The notes beneath the pieces are model-generated. The model was given only the letters and a program-made list of their open reading frames with translations, was not told the origin of the DNA and made no database searches. Below are positions 51,200 to 64,000 of a DNA stretch of 64,000 bases, one piece after another (the stretch's first letter is position 1; each line of letters starts with the position of its first letter). This DNA comes from Vicugna vicugna (lineage: Eukaryota), in assembly GCA_013265495.1 (NCBI GenBank), contig MU058387.1, positions 186,001 to 250,000 on the forward strand. The letters run 5' to 3'. A program made the translations under genes and the position numbers.

Positions 51200-52196
51200 G
51201 TATCTGTTTTTCCATCACAAGTGCAGGGGAAGTACATTTCCCAGAATCCCTCATGGAGGGTTCTGGGTTAGAGGCAACCAATGAGAGTAGCTTCCAGGTG
51301 ATCTGGCAAATGAGCAGCAGAAGCCGTCACTGCTCCCAAGGAAAAAGCTGGCCACCAGATGAGCTTAGAGCAAAAGAGAAGACTGGCCAGGAGATGCCAG
51401 ATACCCTCCTGTAAAACATGTTCTGCCACTGCAGGTGACTGAGATCCGAGCCGGTAGCTTCCTCTGACTCCAATATCAACTGGTCTCCTGAAGGCTACTG
51501 GCAGCTTTCCTGACCTCTGCCCCCCTTGTCTTCAATAAACCTTAATATTCTAATACTGTCCTTTTATTTTATTTTTTTAATTGAAATATAGTCAGTTTAC
51601 AATGTTGTGTCTATTCCTCGTGTACAACATAATGTTTCAGTAATAGTATTCATACATATGTTTTCATATTCTTTTTCATTATAGGTTACTACAGGATATT
51701 GAACATAGTTCCCTGTGCTATATAGAAGAAACTTGTTGTTTATCTGTTTTGTATATAGTAGTTAGTATCTGCATATGTCAAACTCTCAATTTATCCCTTC
51801 CCACCCTCTTTCCTCCCTGGTAACCAGGAGTTTGTTTTCTATGTTTGTGAGTCTGTTTCTGTTTTGTAAATAAGTTCATTTGTGTCTTTTTTTTCTTTTT
51901 GAATTCCACATATGGGTGATATATGGTATTTTTCTTTCTTTTTTCTGACTTACTTCACTTAGAATGACGATCTCTAGGTCCATCAATGTTGCTCCAAATG
52001 GTATTATTTCATTCTTTTTTAGGGCTGAGTGGTATTCCTTTGTATAAATATACCACAACTTCCTTATCCTGTCATCTGTTGATGGACATTTAGGTTGTTT
52101 CCATGTCTTGGCTATTGTAAACCTAATACTGTTTTAAATCATTCTTTTAAAATATTTAGGATGCTTTTCATTTTCCTTATTGAACCCTGACTTATA
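51200..52196 (+). mobile_element. LTR33-like ERVL LTR split by a young L1
   Basis: tacatttcccagaatccctc...gggttagaggcaaccaatgagag...aataaac, resuming after 52123 and ending ttttccttattgaaccctgacttata. Confidence 0.65.
51560..52122 (-). mobile_element. Young 5'-truncated L1, camelid type
   Basis: T-rich tail, then ttgaaatatagtcagtttacaatgttgtg. ORF2 C-terminal peptide MWYIYTKEYHSALKKNEIIPF...MDLE...LSEVSQ. TSD ctaatactgt at 51550-51559 and 52123-52132, followed on the right by TTTT/AA. Confidence 0.93.
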
Positions 52197-53862
52197 AATG
52201 GGTTTATTCATTTTTAAAAGACCATTATTATTATTACCTCATGTTTGTAATTCACATATCAGATTGCAAAGGACTGTCACATATATTTTTCACCTGATTT
52301 ATCCTAAAATAAGTATGTGAAATGGATAGAGTAGACGTTATCTCCAGTATATATGTAATTTATCTGAGCCCCATTTCTCTGTGATTTTTGTAAGGAACGA
52401 TTTAAAGCAAGCTAGTAACAAAGTCAGTACAAGAACTTATTCCCAGCTGTCATCAATTCTGTCGTTCATACCATACTCAGGAGTCTCAGGATGATCTTCA
52501 TTGAGAAAAAACTGAATTTTCAGCTAAAATGAAAAAAACAAAACAAAACAAAATAAAAAATAATGAGGTACTATGCATCACTGGAACTTAAAAGATCTTT
52601 CAAAATGCTTACATGAAGCCTAAGGTCATTTCTCAACCTCTTAACTGACTCTGCAGCAAGTTTAATCACTATTAAACCAATGTAAGCTATACCTGCTTCA
52701 ATTAAACACAACAAGCAAATAAATTTGCACCTTAAAATTTAATTTTAAATTATATACATTAATGCTTATGCAACTCAACTTCCTTTTGAAAACAAAACAT
52801 AGAAATTAATAATTGAACACCAAATAAATCAGCAGTGGTATCTCTTAAACGTGTTATCTTTTTGAAAGTTCCTTCTTAAAAAATATTTTTTGTCTATTTT
52901 TCCTGCCCTACTGAGTTAAACAGAGAAAACAATGAAACTGATAGATTAAAAATGGCTTTTAATTAGCAAATCTTCCTTATTATTGTATTTAGCATTTCCA
53001 TTAGAAGAGCAAGGCCCTGTGGAATTATGTTTTATGTAAATTTGTTTTTCCTTTGAAAATTTATGTGACTATTACAGCAAATGAATTTTTTATAATAACA
53101 TTGCTTTCAAAATTATAATATGCTATATATCAAACTAGAGAGTTGACATTATCTTAGCTGCATTGTGTTTGGCAGAGAGCTTTAGCAAATAGATTGTCAA
53201 CTATCTGTAAAATTTGCTGCATTTATTGATGGTTAGAGGTGGTAACTTTGCTTTGTTTATAAGTTCATTATTTCATCAGCCATATGCTCTCCATTCCTAT
53301 TCCCATTAATTTCTTCTAATGTAGACATATCCATTCAAAATATTTCAGATTAACTTGACCTGTACATACCCTTAGAGGCAATGAGGGAGAAAACTGTTTT
53401 TTTTTTTAATCCTTCTTGTTTTCATTAATTGCCATATAGTGTAGCTAGAGTTTTCATTAATAGGTAGATATAGTTCCGTGTTTCATCACAACTAAAAACC
53501 ATTTTAGATGTAGAATCAAAAGAGTCACTGAGAGAGCATAGAGAAACACTGAAGATTTTCAGAGAAGTGTGAGTCATGGCAGCCATCATCAATCGCATTG
53601 GTTTCACCAGACAGGTCCATGCCCACTACAGTTCTTGACTGATATCTCAAACTCAGCTCCTGGAATCACAGCTTTATCACCTGTTCAGTGGGAAGGTCTG
53701 AAAGATGGGAGTACGTGCTGGTAAACATAGCAATTACACTAAAGGGCTCAAATGGGCTCTTTAAGCTCTGTGATTTCATTAAGACGTCTCATGCAAATTG
53801 ATATCGCTATTTAAAATATGTTATTAGCCATCGCAATAATTATTTGCAACCACGATAATAGA

Positions 53863-54114
53863 GATATCACCACTCCGTCCTCTACCACCAAGAAAAGCCA
53901 CCACATGGCCTTTCCCTCTGTGTCTCTCTGTGTCTTCTATTTGTCTAAGTACACTTGTGATTAGATTTAGGACAAACCCTAATCCTGAAAGATCTCATCT
54001 CAAGATCCTTACCTTAATTTCATCTGCAAAAACAATTACTTCAAATAATGTCATATTCTGTGGTTCTAGGTGGATATATTTTTCAGGTTACCACTATTTA
54101 ATATACGGTAGTGA
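53863..54114 (-). mobile_element. Partial MLT1 (C-like) LTR, copy A
   Basis: cacatggcctttccct...aggacaaaccct...tcaagatccttaccttaatt...catctgcaaa. Confidence 0.8.
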
Positions 54115-54242
54115 CTAAGATTTATCAAAAGGTTCTTGCCTTCAGGCTCTGACCAAATGCTTTTCATGTATTTACATGAATCTTATGTAGTTCTTACAAC
54201 CCTAGAGGGGTTGATGCGGTAGCAGAGGAATGGCAAAATGAA

Positions 54243-54684
54243 GGTATTACCTTACTAACAAATGATCGTAAATTCAGTGGCTTAAAGCAGCAGAAATCTA
54301 TGCTGTCAGAGTTCTGATGTCCAGAAGCATGAAATCAAAGGTGTCATTAGGCTTCATTCCTTCTGGATGCTCTGAGGGAGAGTAAGTTCCATGCCTCTCC
54401 TAGGGGCTGCTGGGAGTCCTTGGTGTTCCTGGCACATCACTTCCATCTCTGCTGCCATCATCACATGGCCTTTCCCTTTGTGTCTCTCTGCACGTCTCTG
54501 TGTGTCTCCTTTTCCATCTAAGCATGCCTATTGAAATAAGGACAAACCCTCATCCAGAATGATCTCATCTCAAGATCCTTACCTTAATTCCATTTGTAAA
54601 GACAATGAATTCAAATAAAGTCACACTCTCTGGTTCTGGATAGACGTATATTTTGAGTGGCCAGTAGTGAAAGTACTGCAGTGA
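54243..54684 (-). mobile_element. MLT1 (C-like) LTR, copy B
   Basis: gtggcttaaagcagcagaaat...gttctg...ccagaag...gaaatcaaaggtgtc...ctctgagggagag...tcaagatccttaccttaatt. Confidence 0.88.
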
Positions 54685-56274
54685 GCATCTAGCTGCATGA
54701 CTGATTATTTCCCACTGACTTGACTAATCCAGCAGGAAGAATAACAGGTCAACAGTAATTATAAGCTCTTTTTAGTACCCATGCTTAAGTTAACTCAATT
54801 TACATACTGATATTTTTTCCCTTCATTGTTTTACCCTTTCTGAATGTAGTATAAACCCCTCCCAAACTCCTCCAAACATCTTGCCTTCCCTGACATGGAG
54901 CTACCCAAACCACAAGTACCTTCTGGCTTCACGTCTGATGAATGCTTACTTCATTTGAAATCTTTTTAGCATGGGAAGGGGTCCCTATTGCCATGGCTAC
55001 TGGAAAGACACTATAAGTAGTTCAGTCTAAGTTGGCCCTTCTGTTCTAATTTTCCAAGGCCAGCTGGATTTTTGCTTCCTTTCATATTTAGTATCAAAGA
55101 ATGTCTTCACTCAGACCCCATTGATGAATTTGTTGCTCCCTATGTTCTTTGTAGTGTCTATTCATTTATTTCGTTTTCACTGACTTCTACATTCTTTTTC
55201 TGCTAAACAGCCTTGATAACTTTCTTTCCTCCAAAACAACAGATTCTCCTCCAATCAATAATGAGAAACCAATGGTTTTCAGTACAGAGATGGATGAAAT
55301 AGCAAAAATATTCCTTGTGGTTGAAAATGTTTTTTTATCACTAGCAGGTGTTTTTGTCTCAAGAAAACAAGAACAATGTCGCTGCTTATGAAAATAATGC
55401 CTCAGTTCTCTTGATTCTGTCCATAAATATCAAGTATAAATGTATAAATAAATCACCTGGAATTTTACATTGCAGTCCTTATGAAAAGTACTATTTCTAT
55501 ATGTTTCAATGAGAATTCAGGTTTTATTTTATTTAGTGGTTGCTTTTTAAATGTAAATTTGAGGTCCACTTAGGATTCTACTTTTCAATTTATTGCTTGT
55601 ATTTTCCACTAGAGTAATGATAACTTTAAAATGTCAACTAGAGAACAAGTAATATATGAGAACTCATTGATTTGTCACTTGGCACAAAACACTTCCATCA
55701 AAGTAAAAAATATAGGTGCATTTTTAAAATTATTTATTAATAATTTATCAATTGGAGAAGAATCAGAGTGGATGACTGATTTTTGTTTAAAATGAAAACT
55801 TACTTGACATCAGACTTGATTTGCACTTCTTAGGCTCTGTCAGGATGGATAGAAGGAGTCTGGTAATAGAATGAAAATGAAAATCATGCCAGTGGTAAGA
55901 AGAACCAGATGCCAGAAGAACTGCCATGTTGGGTGCTACACTGACGGCCAGAGTTGACTTGGCCAATAGGGATCTTCATGAGAGTCTTCGTTTACTTTCA
56001 CCAAGTACTACAATACAATTTTATTGTATGAGATACTATCTCTAAGGAAGGCCTAATCAATGTCAAAAAGAGAAGGTGAAACTGGAGGGTCAAGGAAGGT
56101 GTAGAATCAGACGTGTTCACTTACCCAGAGAGGTTGGAAGCCACAGCCAGTTTAGTCCTGGGAGAGATTCATTCTAGTCAACAATACACAAGAAACATTT
56201 AGGAGTTAGCAATTATGACTTTAATTTGGGGGGTTCCAATATTCTGGTAAACCATGTTATTCTATTTTATATTT

Positions 56275-57135
56275 AAATTAACTTTTTGTAACATGCTTTA
56301 CATTTAACGCACCCATGGACAAATCTACGCACTCGGGCTACTGTCACTGCAACCAAGGCTATTTCCATCACCCCAGAGAGGTTTCTTGTGCCTTCTTGCA
56401 GTCATGAGGCCCAGCTCCAGCCCCAGCCCCAGCCCCAGAAAGTGAGTGATCTGCTTTCTGTTACTAAAGATTAGAATTGCCTATTCTAGAATTTTATATA
56501 CATGGAATTATACAGTAAGTAGCCTTTGTCCTGACTTTTTATTCAGCACAATGTTTTTGAGAGACAGCTGTGTTGCTGCATCTGTCAGTATTTTGTCCCT
56601 CTGTACTGCGGAGTGGTATTCCACTGTGTGACTGGAACACAGTTCATTTATCAGTATTTATCAATTCATTCAGCGGATGGGCATTTGGGTTGTTTGCAGC
56701 TTGTCACTATTATGGATAAAGTTTATATGAATATTTTTGTACGTTGTAGATATGCATTTTCAATTATTTCAGGTGACTACATAGGAGAAAAATTGCTGGG
56801 TGGTAGAGTCCATTTATCTTTAACTTTATATGAAGCTGTCAAAGAGATTTCCGTTTTGCAGTCCCACCAGCAGCACAAGAGAGGTCCAGTTGCTTCGTAT
56901 CTTTGCCCGTCTTGGGACTCGTAAGGTTGTTTTCAGCCATTTGAATAGGTTTCCGGTTGTCTCTCACTGTACTTTCAGTCCGCATTTTTCTGATTGCTAA
57001 TTTTTGAACATTTTTCCCATAGTTATTAGTCATTTGTGTATCTTCTTTTATGACATTTTCATTCAACTTTTTTGCCGATTCTTAAAATTGAGTTGTTCTC
57101 TTAATACTGAGTTGTAAAAATTCTTTATTCTGGAC
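56275..57135 (-). mobile_element. Old L1 (L1MC/ME-like) 3' end
   Basis: tttccatcaccccagagag...ttcagcacaatgtttttgagag...gatgggcatttgggttgttt...cagtcccaccagcag. Confidence 0.85.
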
Positions 57136-57294
57136 ATGTACTAGGTTATGAGTAGATCATTTCCTTTCTGGTGTCTGGGGAGAAAATTAAAAACTACTGC
57201 AACTCGGGACTGTTGTTCAAAGTCGTGCTGCCCAGAGACATGGTTTGGTTCTGAATAATCTGCTTGGGGGAGGTGAACATTTCAACCTAAATTT

Positions 57295-57710
57295 AGGTAA
57301 GAGTGCTAATGAACAGTCCTTAAGTGCTGGGGATTTTAACTAGAGCTATCTATTTCTTGCTCACGTTACACGAGGGTGTAGAATAGTCGACATTTCTTCA
57401 AGTTACAGGTTGGTGCCAGGCCATGGGGTCTATTCCTTCTGAAATTCAGGCTGAAGAGACACCCCTCATCTGGCGTGCTCTTATTCTCCCATTCTCTTGG
57501 CAGAGTGGAAGAGCAAGAGAGACTGGACAACCACATGGTGATGGTAAGCCTTCTGCTGGAATGTGGTGTGCACTCTTTTCATTTATATTCTATTGGCCAA
57601 AGCACGTCACAGGGCTGAGTCCAACAGGAGTGAAATGGGATGAGAATATATGTCCTGTAATAGAGGTGGGAGAATGGAGATTTGTGAACACCAATAAAAT
57701 CTACCACAAT
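57295..57710 (-). mobile_element. MaLR MLT1 (J/K-like) LTR
   Basis: tatttcttgctcacgttaca...tattggccaaagcacgtcacagggctgagtccaac...tttgtgaacaccaataaaatctaccaca. Confidence 0.7.
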
Positions 57711-58407
57711 CAGCTGCAAACAAATGAACACAACCCAGGGCAGAGAACTCTCAACGAGAATCACATGCAGAGCTCAGAGTATAAAGCCTGCACATGATGA
57801 GCTTTGAATAAACGTTAACTATTATTTTTATCATTTCGTTCTATGTAGACTAGACCTTGTATCATATTATAAGAAACTGGTCTCTGGAATGAATAGTAAG
57901 ATTTTATAAGAGTACTGATTTGGTTGAATTGCTTAGAAATCAGATGGTATTCTCATCTCTGTTTTGTTAGCTCTAGATCTTTACCGAGAATGAGAGACAG
58001 ACTTCATTCCAACACATGTGAAGTGCTGCATTGCATACTAAATAAGAGTAAAGTTGCTGATAATGAACTTAAAATCTGCATGCTTGTTTTAGACACATTG
58101 AGAGTTGGTTTCTATGCTTGTGTGTTAAAATATTACATAACAGAAAAGTGCTTTAGTTTGTGACAGGTGTAATGTGTCTTAAATCGAGGAAGTCAAGAAA
58201 ATATACCATTGCTTCTCCCTAAAGTGCCTCTTCTCAATCCCTCCTAAAGCTCCTTGTACTGGAATTCTGTATTATTGTGTGTCATGTTCTCTAGAGAGTC
58301 ATCACGTTTGTCAAGTCTCAGGAGTTGGAGACACTCTAGATGACTTGATATGTTATCTACAACTACAGCAGGGTAAAAATACTGCACAAAAACTCAGTAG
58401 CAACAAT

Positions 58408-58457
58408 CATGATGATGCTAATGATGATGATCATGATGATGATAAAGATGATGATAG
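58408..58457. repeat. (GAT)n imperfect microsatellite
   Basis: catgatgatgctaatgatgatgatcatgatgatgataaagatgatgatag. Confidence 0.85.
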
Positions 58458-58640
58458 TAACAACCAAGTCTTATATAGCCCTAACTATGTGCCAAGCCCT
58501 ATTCCAGACACTTTACCTTGGCTACCCCATTTAATCTTTACCCCATTGCCATGAAATAGGTACTATGTTTAAATCCATGTTACTTAGGAGGAAACTGAGG
58601 TCAGAAAGATTTAATAACTGGTTCAGGGTCCAAAGCAACC
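58458..58640 (-). mobile_element. MIR SINE
   Basis: actatgtgccaag...catttaatc...aggtacta...gaggaaactgaggtcagaaag. Confidence 0.85.
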
Positions 58641-58651
58641 ACTCAGAAGCT

Positions 58652-59077
58652 ATGTTAGATAGTGGCCTACAGTGAACCAAGCTTCTTGTTGTTCACATCC
58701 TGACTGTTGCCTTGGCCATGTGACTTTCCATTGGCCAATGAGACATCATAATACATGGTGCCAGTAGAACATCTAGAGGTTTAGTTGTTTTAGGACACTC
58801 TCTTTTGTAACCTAGGCACTATGTTAGATGCCTGGTTTGGGCTACTGAAAGATTAGTGACCATGTGGGGAGAAAGATGCTGGACCATGATGAGAGATATC
58901 CAGCCAACCTGATACTCTAGCTGAGCCCATCCCAACAGACCCACTAGCTGAAGGCAGACACAGAAGTATCCTAAGAGGAGAACAGCAGAACTGCCCAGAG
59001 TTTTGTTTGAAAGAGTGTTTTGTTTCATGCCACTGCATTTTGAATTGATTTTGCACATAGCAATTTATAACTAGAAC
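58652..59077 (+). mobile_element. MaLR MLT1 LTR (F/G/H-like)
   Basis: ttggccatgtgact...ttggccaatgagaca...gcagaactgcccag...atgccactgcattttg...tttgcacatagcaat. Confidence 0.7.
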
Positions 59078-59729
59078 AGGAGGCAACCATTGCCTGCCCA
59101 GGGGAATCTTGCTGTCATTGGAGCAGCCAAAGAAATTGCCATATATATATATATCAACCTCATCCATATTTTCTAAATTTTCTCACAAAATCTGCCCCCA
59201 ATCATGATCTAGTCCTGCAGGAGACTTCTCCTTACCACAGAATACAGAGTGCCAACTCTGTATTGGCACACAATACAGACTTGCTAAATTAAATAACCTG
59301 ACTTCCTTAAGTTCCAGAAATCTGATTTTTGGGACAATGTCAAAACAAACTCTGATGAGATTTCAACAGTGATCAAGGCGGTTTGGTTACCAGTGGGTAT
59401 TTGACACATTTTTCCTCATTCTTGGCCAAGTGTTTTTAAACCAAATCAGAGATATTGTTTAACTGGCTACTGATTAATATTTCGGACAATGTGGTAATCA
59501 GCTATCCAAATGAGTAATTAATCAGAGGAGTGAGAAATAAAAATGGCATCTTTAGACCACTTTTTATTACAGCTTAAAGACCAAATTTGTCCTGAGAGTT
59601 CTCATACCAGAAATGAGGTGGATATTAGCCATGAATCTACACAGTCAGGAATTTAACACTTGACCTTTAAAGTTAGATACATTTTTCTCAAAGGAATCAG
59701 TTGGTGCTTTTCACAATCATAAAGAAAGA

Positions 59730-60160
59730 ATATATATTGGAGATTTATTATGAGGAATTGGTTCACACGATTATGGAGGTCGAGAAGTCCCACGGTCTAC
59801 CCTCAACAAGCTGGTGACCCAGGAAAGCTGCTGGTGTCATTCAGTGTGAGTCTGAAGACCTGAGAACCAGGACCACTGATGGTGTAAGTTCCAGCTCATG
59901 GACCAGAGAAGACGAGACGAGATGTCCCTAGCCCAGCCAGTGAGGCAGGAAAAATGGGGTGAATTCTTCCCCTGCCTTTTGTTCTCTCCAGGTCCTCAAT
60001 AAACTGAAAGATACCCACTCACACTGGGGAGGGCAATCCCTGAGCCCACTGATCCAAACGCTAATCTCATCCAGAAACAGCCTCACAGACACCCCTAGAA
60101 ATAGTGTTTAATCTGGGTACCCTGTGGCCAGTCGAATTGGCACGTAAAGTTAACCACTAT
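59730..60160 (-). mobile_element. MLT2B-like ERVL LTR
   Basis: gagatttattatgaggaattggttcacacgattatggaggtcgagaagtcccac...cccaggaaagctg...ctaatctcatccagaaac...gttaaccact. Confidence 0.9.
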
Positions 60161-60679
60161 AAATATGAGTAAAGAACTCACTGCATAGCCAGGAGCTCAG
60201 ACATCCATGATGATGAAAATGATGGTCATTCTATCCGAGTTAAACTCTTATTGGAGTACATTGTATGGAAACAAGAGGAGTAAGGGATGCCTTGTAACGT
60301 TTGTTCTTCCCCAAAGTCCTTTCAAATGTTAAGACAGAGCCATTCTTCTCTCTGCTTTAACATCACCTGAGTTTCATCCTGAGAGCCCTTCCTAGCTCTC
60401 TCATGTTTCAGGAATTCCTGGAAGAAAGATTCAGAGTTTTAGAATGTTGAGACTCCTACCTTCTGCCCATCATTTCGCTGAATAAATACAGAGATTCCAA
60501 AGAGCCCTGGGGCCCTGCCCCCCCTCCCAGCTTCCTCAACACACAACAGACCAGAGCCACCCTAAAAGGCAGAAAGCCTTGTATCTCCTTCAGATTTCAA
60601 AGTTTTAGATCTAGAGGCCTGGAATGTAAATTTAGCAGGCTTGCTGCTTAATTGTTCTCAAAATTCACGCAAAGCTGGT

Positions 60680-60900
60680 AGGAGTTTGACATTCAACAAA
60701 TAGGGATCAAAATCCCAGCCCTGTTTCTTCAAAAATATATTCCCTTTAGCAAGAATCTAGTTTCCTGGATGTTTCAGTGTCCTCAAGTATAAAATGGGAT
60801 AATAATGCCTACCTCACAGGGCTGTTGTAAGCATTAAAAGGAAAAATATACTGAAAATAAAGTCTTTATCATAGAGATTGGGCTCAGATTATCAATAAAG
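60680..60900 (+). mobile_element. MIR SINE
   Basis: ttcagtgtcctcaagtataaaatgggataataatgcctacctcacagggctgttgtaag. Confidence 0.85.
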
Positions 60901-62309
60901 TTATAAAACCTACAAGAACAAACATTATTACAGATAAAACATGTAAAATACCTGTAAGTTCTAATATTGTCTTTAATGTCTCTACTTTGGCCAGATCAAT
61001 CTGTCATGCAGACTCACAACTCCAGGGCTACCGAGGTTTGCAAGCAGTATGTTTATATCGGAGCTCAGTATTCAGATCAACTGAACCCAATGATTCCCTG
61101 TGGATTAAGAACTGAAACTTCCTTGAAGTCAATGTGAAATACTCAAATACTTACCTTTCTTGATACCGCGCTTCTGAGACTAAAGTAAAAGCGTGATTGT
61201 GATGAAACTGTCTCTTATCCAAGGCATTTTTAATAGTTGACATCCTCCCTTCCACCTGGCTAAGATGCAGCTTTGTCAACACATGAAATAGCTTTTGGAT
61301 TAACTGGAGAATAATCTGTCCCCTGAACAAGGCTATGGTTTTTATTCAAACATCAAAATGGGAGCTGATGAGATAATTGTGGTTCTTCCGTAATTTAGTT
61401 ATGGAGACACATTTCTCCTTAATTTCCTTCTTCTAAATGGGTGTTTGTTTGCTGGCAGCTCATATCAAATCACTTTTGAGTCTGTTCCAGGTTTTATCTT
61501 CCTTTTTCCAAATCAAGGGGTGTGACGTGGGCAGGGGGTGGGGCATCCAGGCACACATAGTTTTAAAAAAGCCCGACCTGTAAATCTAATGTGAGCTGCT
61601 CATGAAAATGCATTGACCCAATCTTTATCATGTTTTAAAAGGAGAAACTCAGTTACAATTTCATTGTTTCCTTCATAATAGTTTTATGTTGTGTACGTTG
61701 GCAAAATCTTTCATTTTCAAGTTTTATTACACATTTTATTTTTAATTAATCATTAAAAAAAAATCACAAAGCTGTAGAATCAGAAAAAAAGGAAGAGAGG
61801 GCAACCAGCTACTCTACCTGGGAGGGTGGCAATGCTCTGAATTGCAGTTCACTGCTGTACTGCACCCATTCTAACACCGGTGGCCTGATACTCGTGTCAG
61901 ACCCCTCTGACAACGGCACACCTAGGGGATAAGGCGGAGTTCTTTTCAGAGTTCGTGCTTGTGGCATTGGAGTTGCTCTTTACTCCCTGGGAAAGAGGAA
62001 AGAGAGCTGTCACCCACATGTGCCTTAGAGCCTCGGGTCCTTTTTACACTTTTAAAAACATCAAGTCAGAAATAAAAAGACGTCAACGGTCAGCAGCTAG
62101 TCAAAACCCTCTGCTGTGTTTACCTGGATACGCTCTGTAAATGACATAAACAAACATACACATACACACATATACCATGGATGTGAGAAATATTTATATG
62201 AGTAGATACAGAGCGTAGGCCTGAGAAAGCATCTTTTATAATCAAGCCACTTCCAGAATTCAAGAACTTAGAGGCCCAGGCGACTTCCTGATTGCGAGAC
62301 TCTTATCAT

Positions 62310-63545
62310 AACATTTTTAACAACGCCACTGCAGTGCAATTGACAGACATAAGCTGAATATATTTTGATTGTGCCATTTTACGAGTTTGAAGGCATCACT
62401 ACAGTCAAAATAATGAACTTACCCGTTATTTTCAAATGTTTCCTCATGCCTTACTAGAACGCCTCTCTCTAGTTCTTTCAGGAAACTGCTGATTTACTTC
62501 CTGTCTCTGGTTTGTTTTATTTTCTTGAGTTTTATGTAAATGTCATTGTGCAGTAAGTACTCGTGTCCCCCTGTCTCCTTTCATTCAACATAATTATTTT
62601 GAGACTCATTCGTTCTGGAGTATGAACTAATCGTCTATTCCTTTTAATGCAAGTAGTATCACACTGTGTGAATATACTGAAGTTTGCTTATCTATTCATC
62701 GGTTGACTCATTTGGGCCGTTTCCAGCTTTATTACGACAAAGCCACCATAAAAATTTGTCCACAAGTCATCGTTTGGCCATATGCTTTCTTTCCTCTTAA
62801 GTAGAGTGTATGGTTTGTGTGGTAGGTGTACTTGTAAGTTTTGAAGAAACTTCCAAATGATTTTCATAAGTGTGTCATTTTACATTCCCACCAGCAGTCT
62901 ATGAGGAGAGTTCCTGCTACCTGCACATTCTCACCAACGTTTGGTACAGTCAGTCTTTTAATTTCAGCCATTTTAGTACCACATGCATAGTGGTATCTCA
63001 TATGGCTTGAATTTGCATTCCTACAGTAACAAATGGTGTTGAACTTCATATCATGAGCGTGTTTGCCATTCATATCTCTTCTTTGCTGAAATGTCTTTTA
63101 AACCTTTTATCCATTTCTAAAACTTGAGTTGTTTTCCTGCTAAGTTTTAGAATTTTATTATATATGCCATACATACGTCCTACATCAGATATGTGATATA
63201 CAAATATTTTACCCTACTCAGTGGCTTGTTTTTTCATTCCCTTAACAGTGTTTCCCAAAGAACAGAAATTTTTAATTTTGATGAAGTCCATTTTTTTCTT
63301 TTATAGACCTTGATTTGTTGTAATAGCTGAGAAATATTTGCTTAACCCAAGATCCCAAAGGTTTTCTCCTGTTTTTTTTTCGAGAAGTTTTATAATTTTT
63401 TATTTGTCTTTGACCCACTTTAAGTTACTTTTTAATACAGTGTGAGATATGGATTTAATTTCATTTTTTATTTGCATATGGAAACCCAATTGCTCTAGTG
63501 CTATTTGCCAAAAAGGCTATTTTTTCCTCCACTGAGTTATTGGGA
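62310..63545 (-). mobile_element. L1 (L1MB/MC-like) 3' region
   Basis: cattcaacataattattttgagactcatt...ttacattcccaccagcag...tttgcattcc...taattttgatgaagtcc. The minus-strand ORF 62864-63073 is ORF2-like (MRYHY...KMAEIK...NVGENV). Confidence 0.9.
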
Positions 63546-64000
63546 AAATTATTTAAGTTAAGATGTATAAATATAAAACAGATTATACCCAAAATGAGTT
63601 TAAGCCTCACCTTTTATAAAAACACCTGGATTGCTGGGGAGAGATTTTTTTCATTCACAGTTGCAGTTGAGTTTAAGTAGAGTAGAAGAATTAAGGTGTC
63701 AAAAGCAAAGCAAGCCAAACCAATTGATTTGAGGTTTGTTTTGAACCTGTGGCCAAACTCAATGACTCAACTGATCTGTACCTACACCTGCTGTCTGTGT
63801 TTAGTTAAAATACCTACCCTTTTAGACCCTGGATGATAGCCTGCTATTGTTGAGGATAGAGACTTCTTATATTATTCAATTACTTATTTCTTTTCAAGGC
63901 TTGTGTTACTAATTTGGGGTCACTAAACGCTGAAGCCAAATGTCAGAGGCCTGTACGAGACCTGTCTCATATTTACTGTCATTCTGCATCTGTGCCACAC

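Noticed and set aside
58279..58554. ORF with an Asp-rich tract
   Set aside because: The tract comes from a (GAT)n microsatellite and the rest is antisense MIR.
1..64000. Repeat orientation bias as evidence of a host gene strand
   Set aside because: L1 and LTR copies occur on both strands (mostly + on the left, mixed or - on the right), so no reliable inference is possible.
1..64000. Remaining 60-124 aa ORFs in the track
   Set aside because: No recognisable domains, many overlap repeats, and their lengths fit chance ORFs in AT-rich DNA.

Overview
AT-rich mammalian genomic DNA, intergenic or deep intronic. Old eutherian repeats dominate: MIR, L2, L1M-type LINEs, MaLR/ERVL LTRs, and hAT and Tigger DNA transposons. 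Young L1 3' ends at about 23.2 kb and 51.6-52.1 kb match the cetartiodactyl type, most likely camelid (inferred from recalled consensus, not searched). I saw no Alu, B1, Bov-tA, PRE1 or Can-SINE copies. I cannot support any intact protein-coding gene, tRNA, rRNA or CRISPR array. The listed ORFs are chance ORFs or decayed L1 ORF2 / ERV-L fragments. Non-repeat signals are a small CpG island with GC boxes (about 2.34-2.9 kb), a well-bounded minus-strand non-coding exon candidate (12171-12280) and several enhancer-like blocks. Structural oddities include an ERV-L integrase/dUTPase relic with its LTR, a poly(A)-tailed insert between 54-bp direct repeats, a multi-layer nested L1 cluster with an internally deleted L1, a perfect 48-bp palindrome and twin MLT1 LTR segments. 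I found no convincing novel multi-gene system. Repeat subfamily names come from memory, and boundaries are approximate unless a TSD or TIR is quoted.
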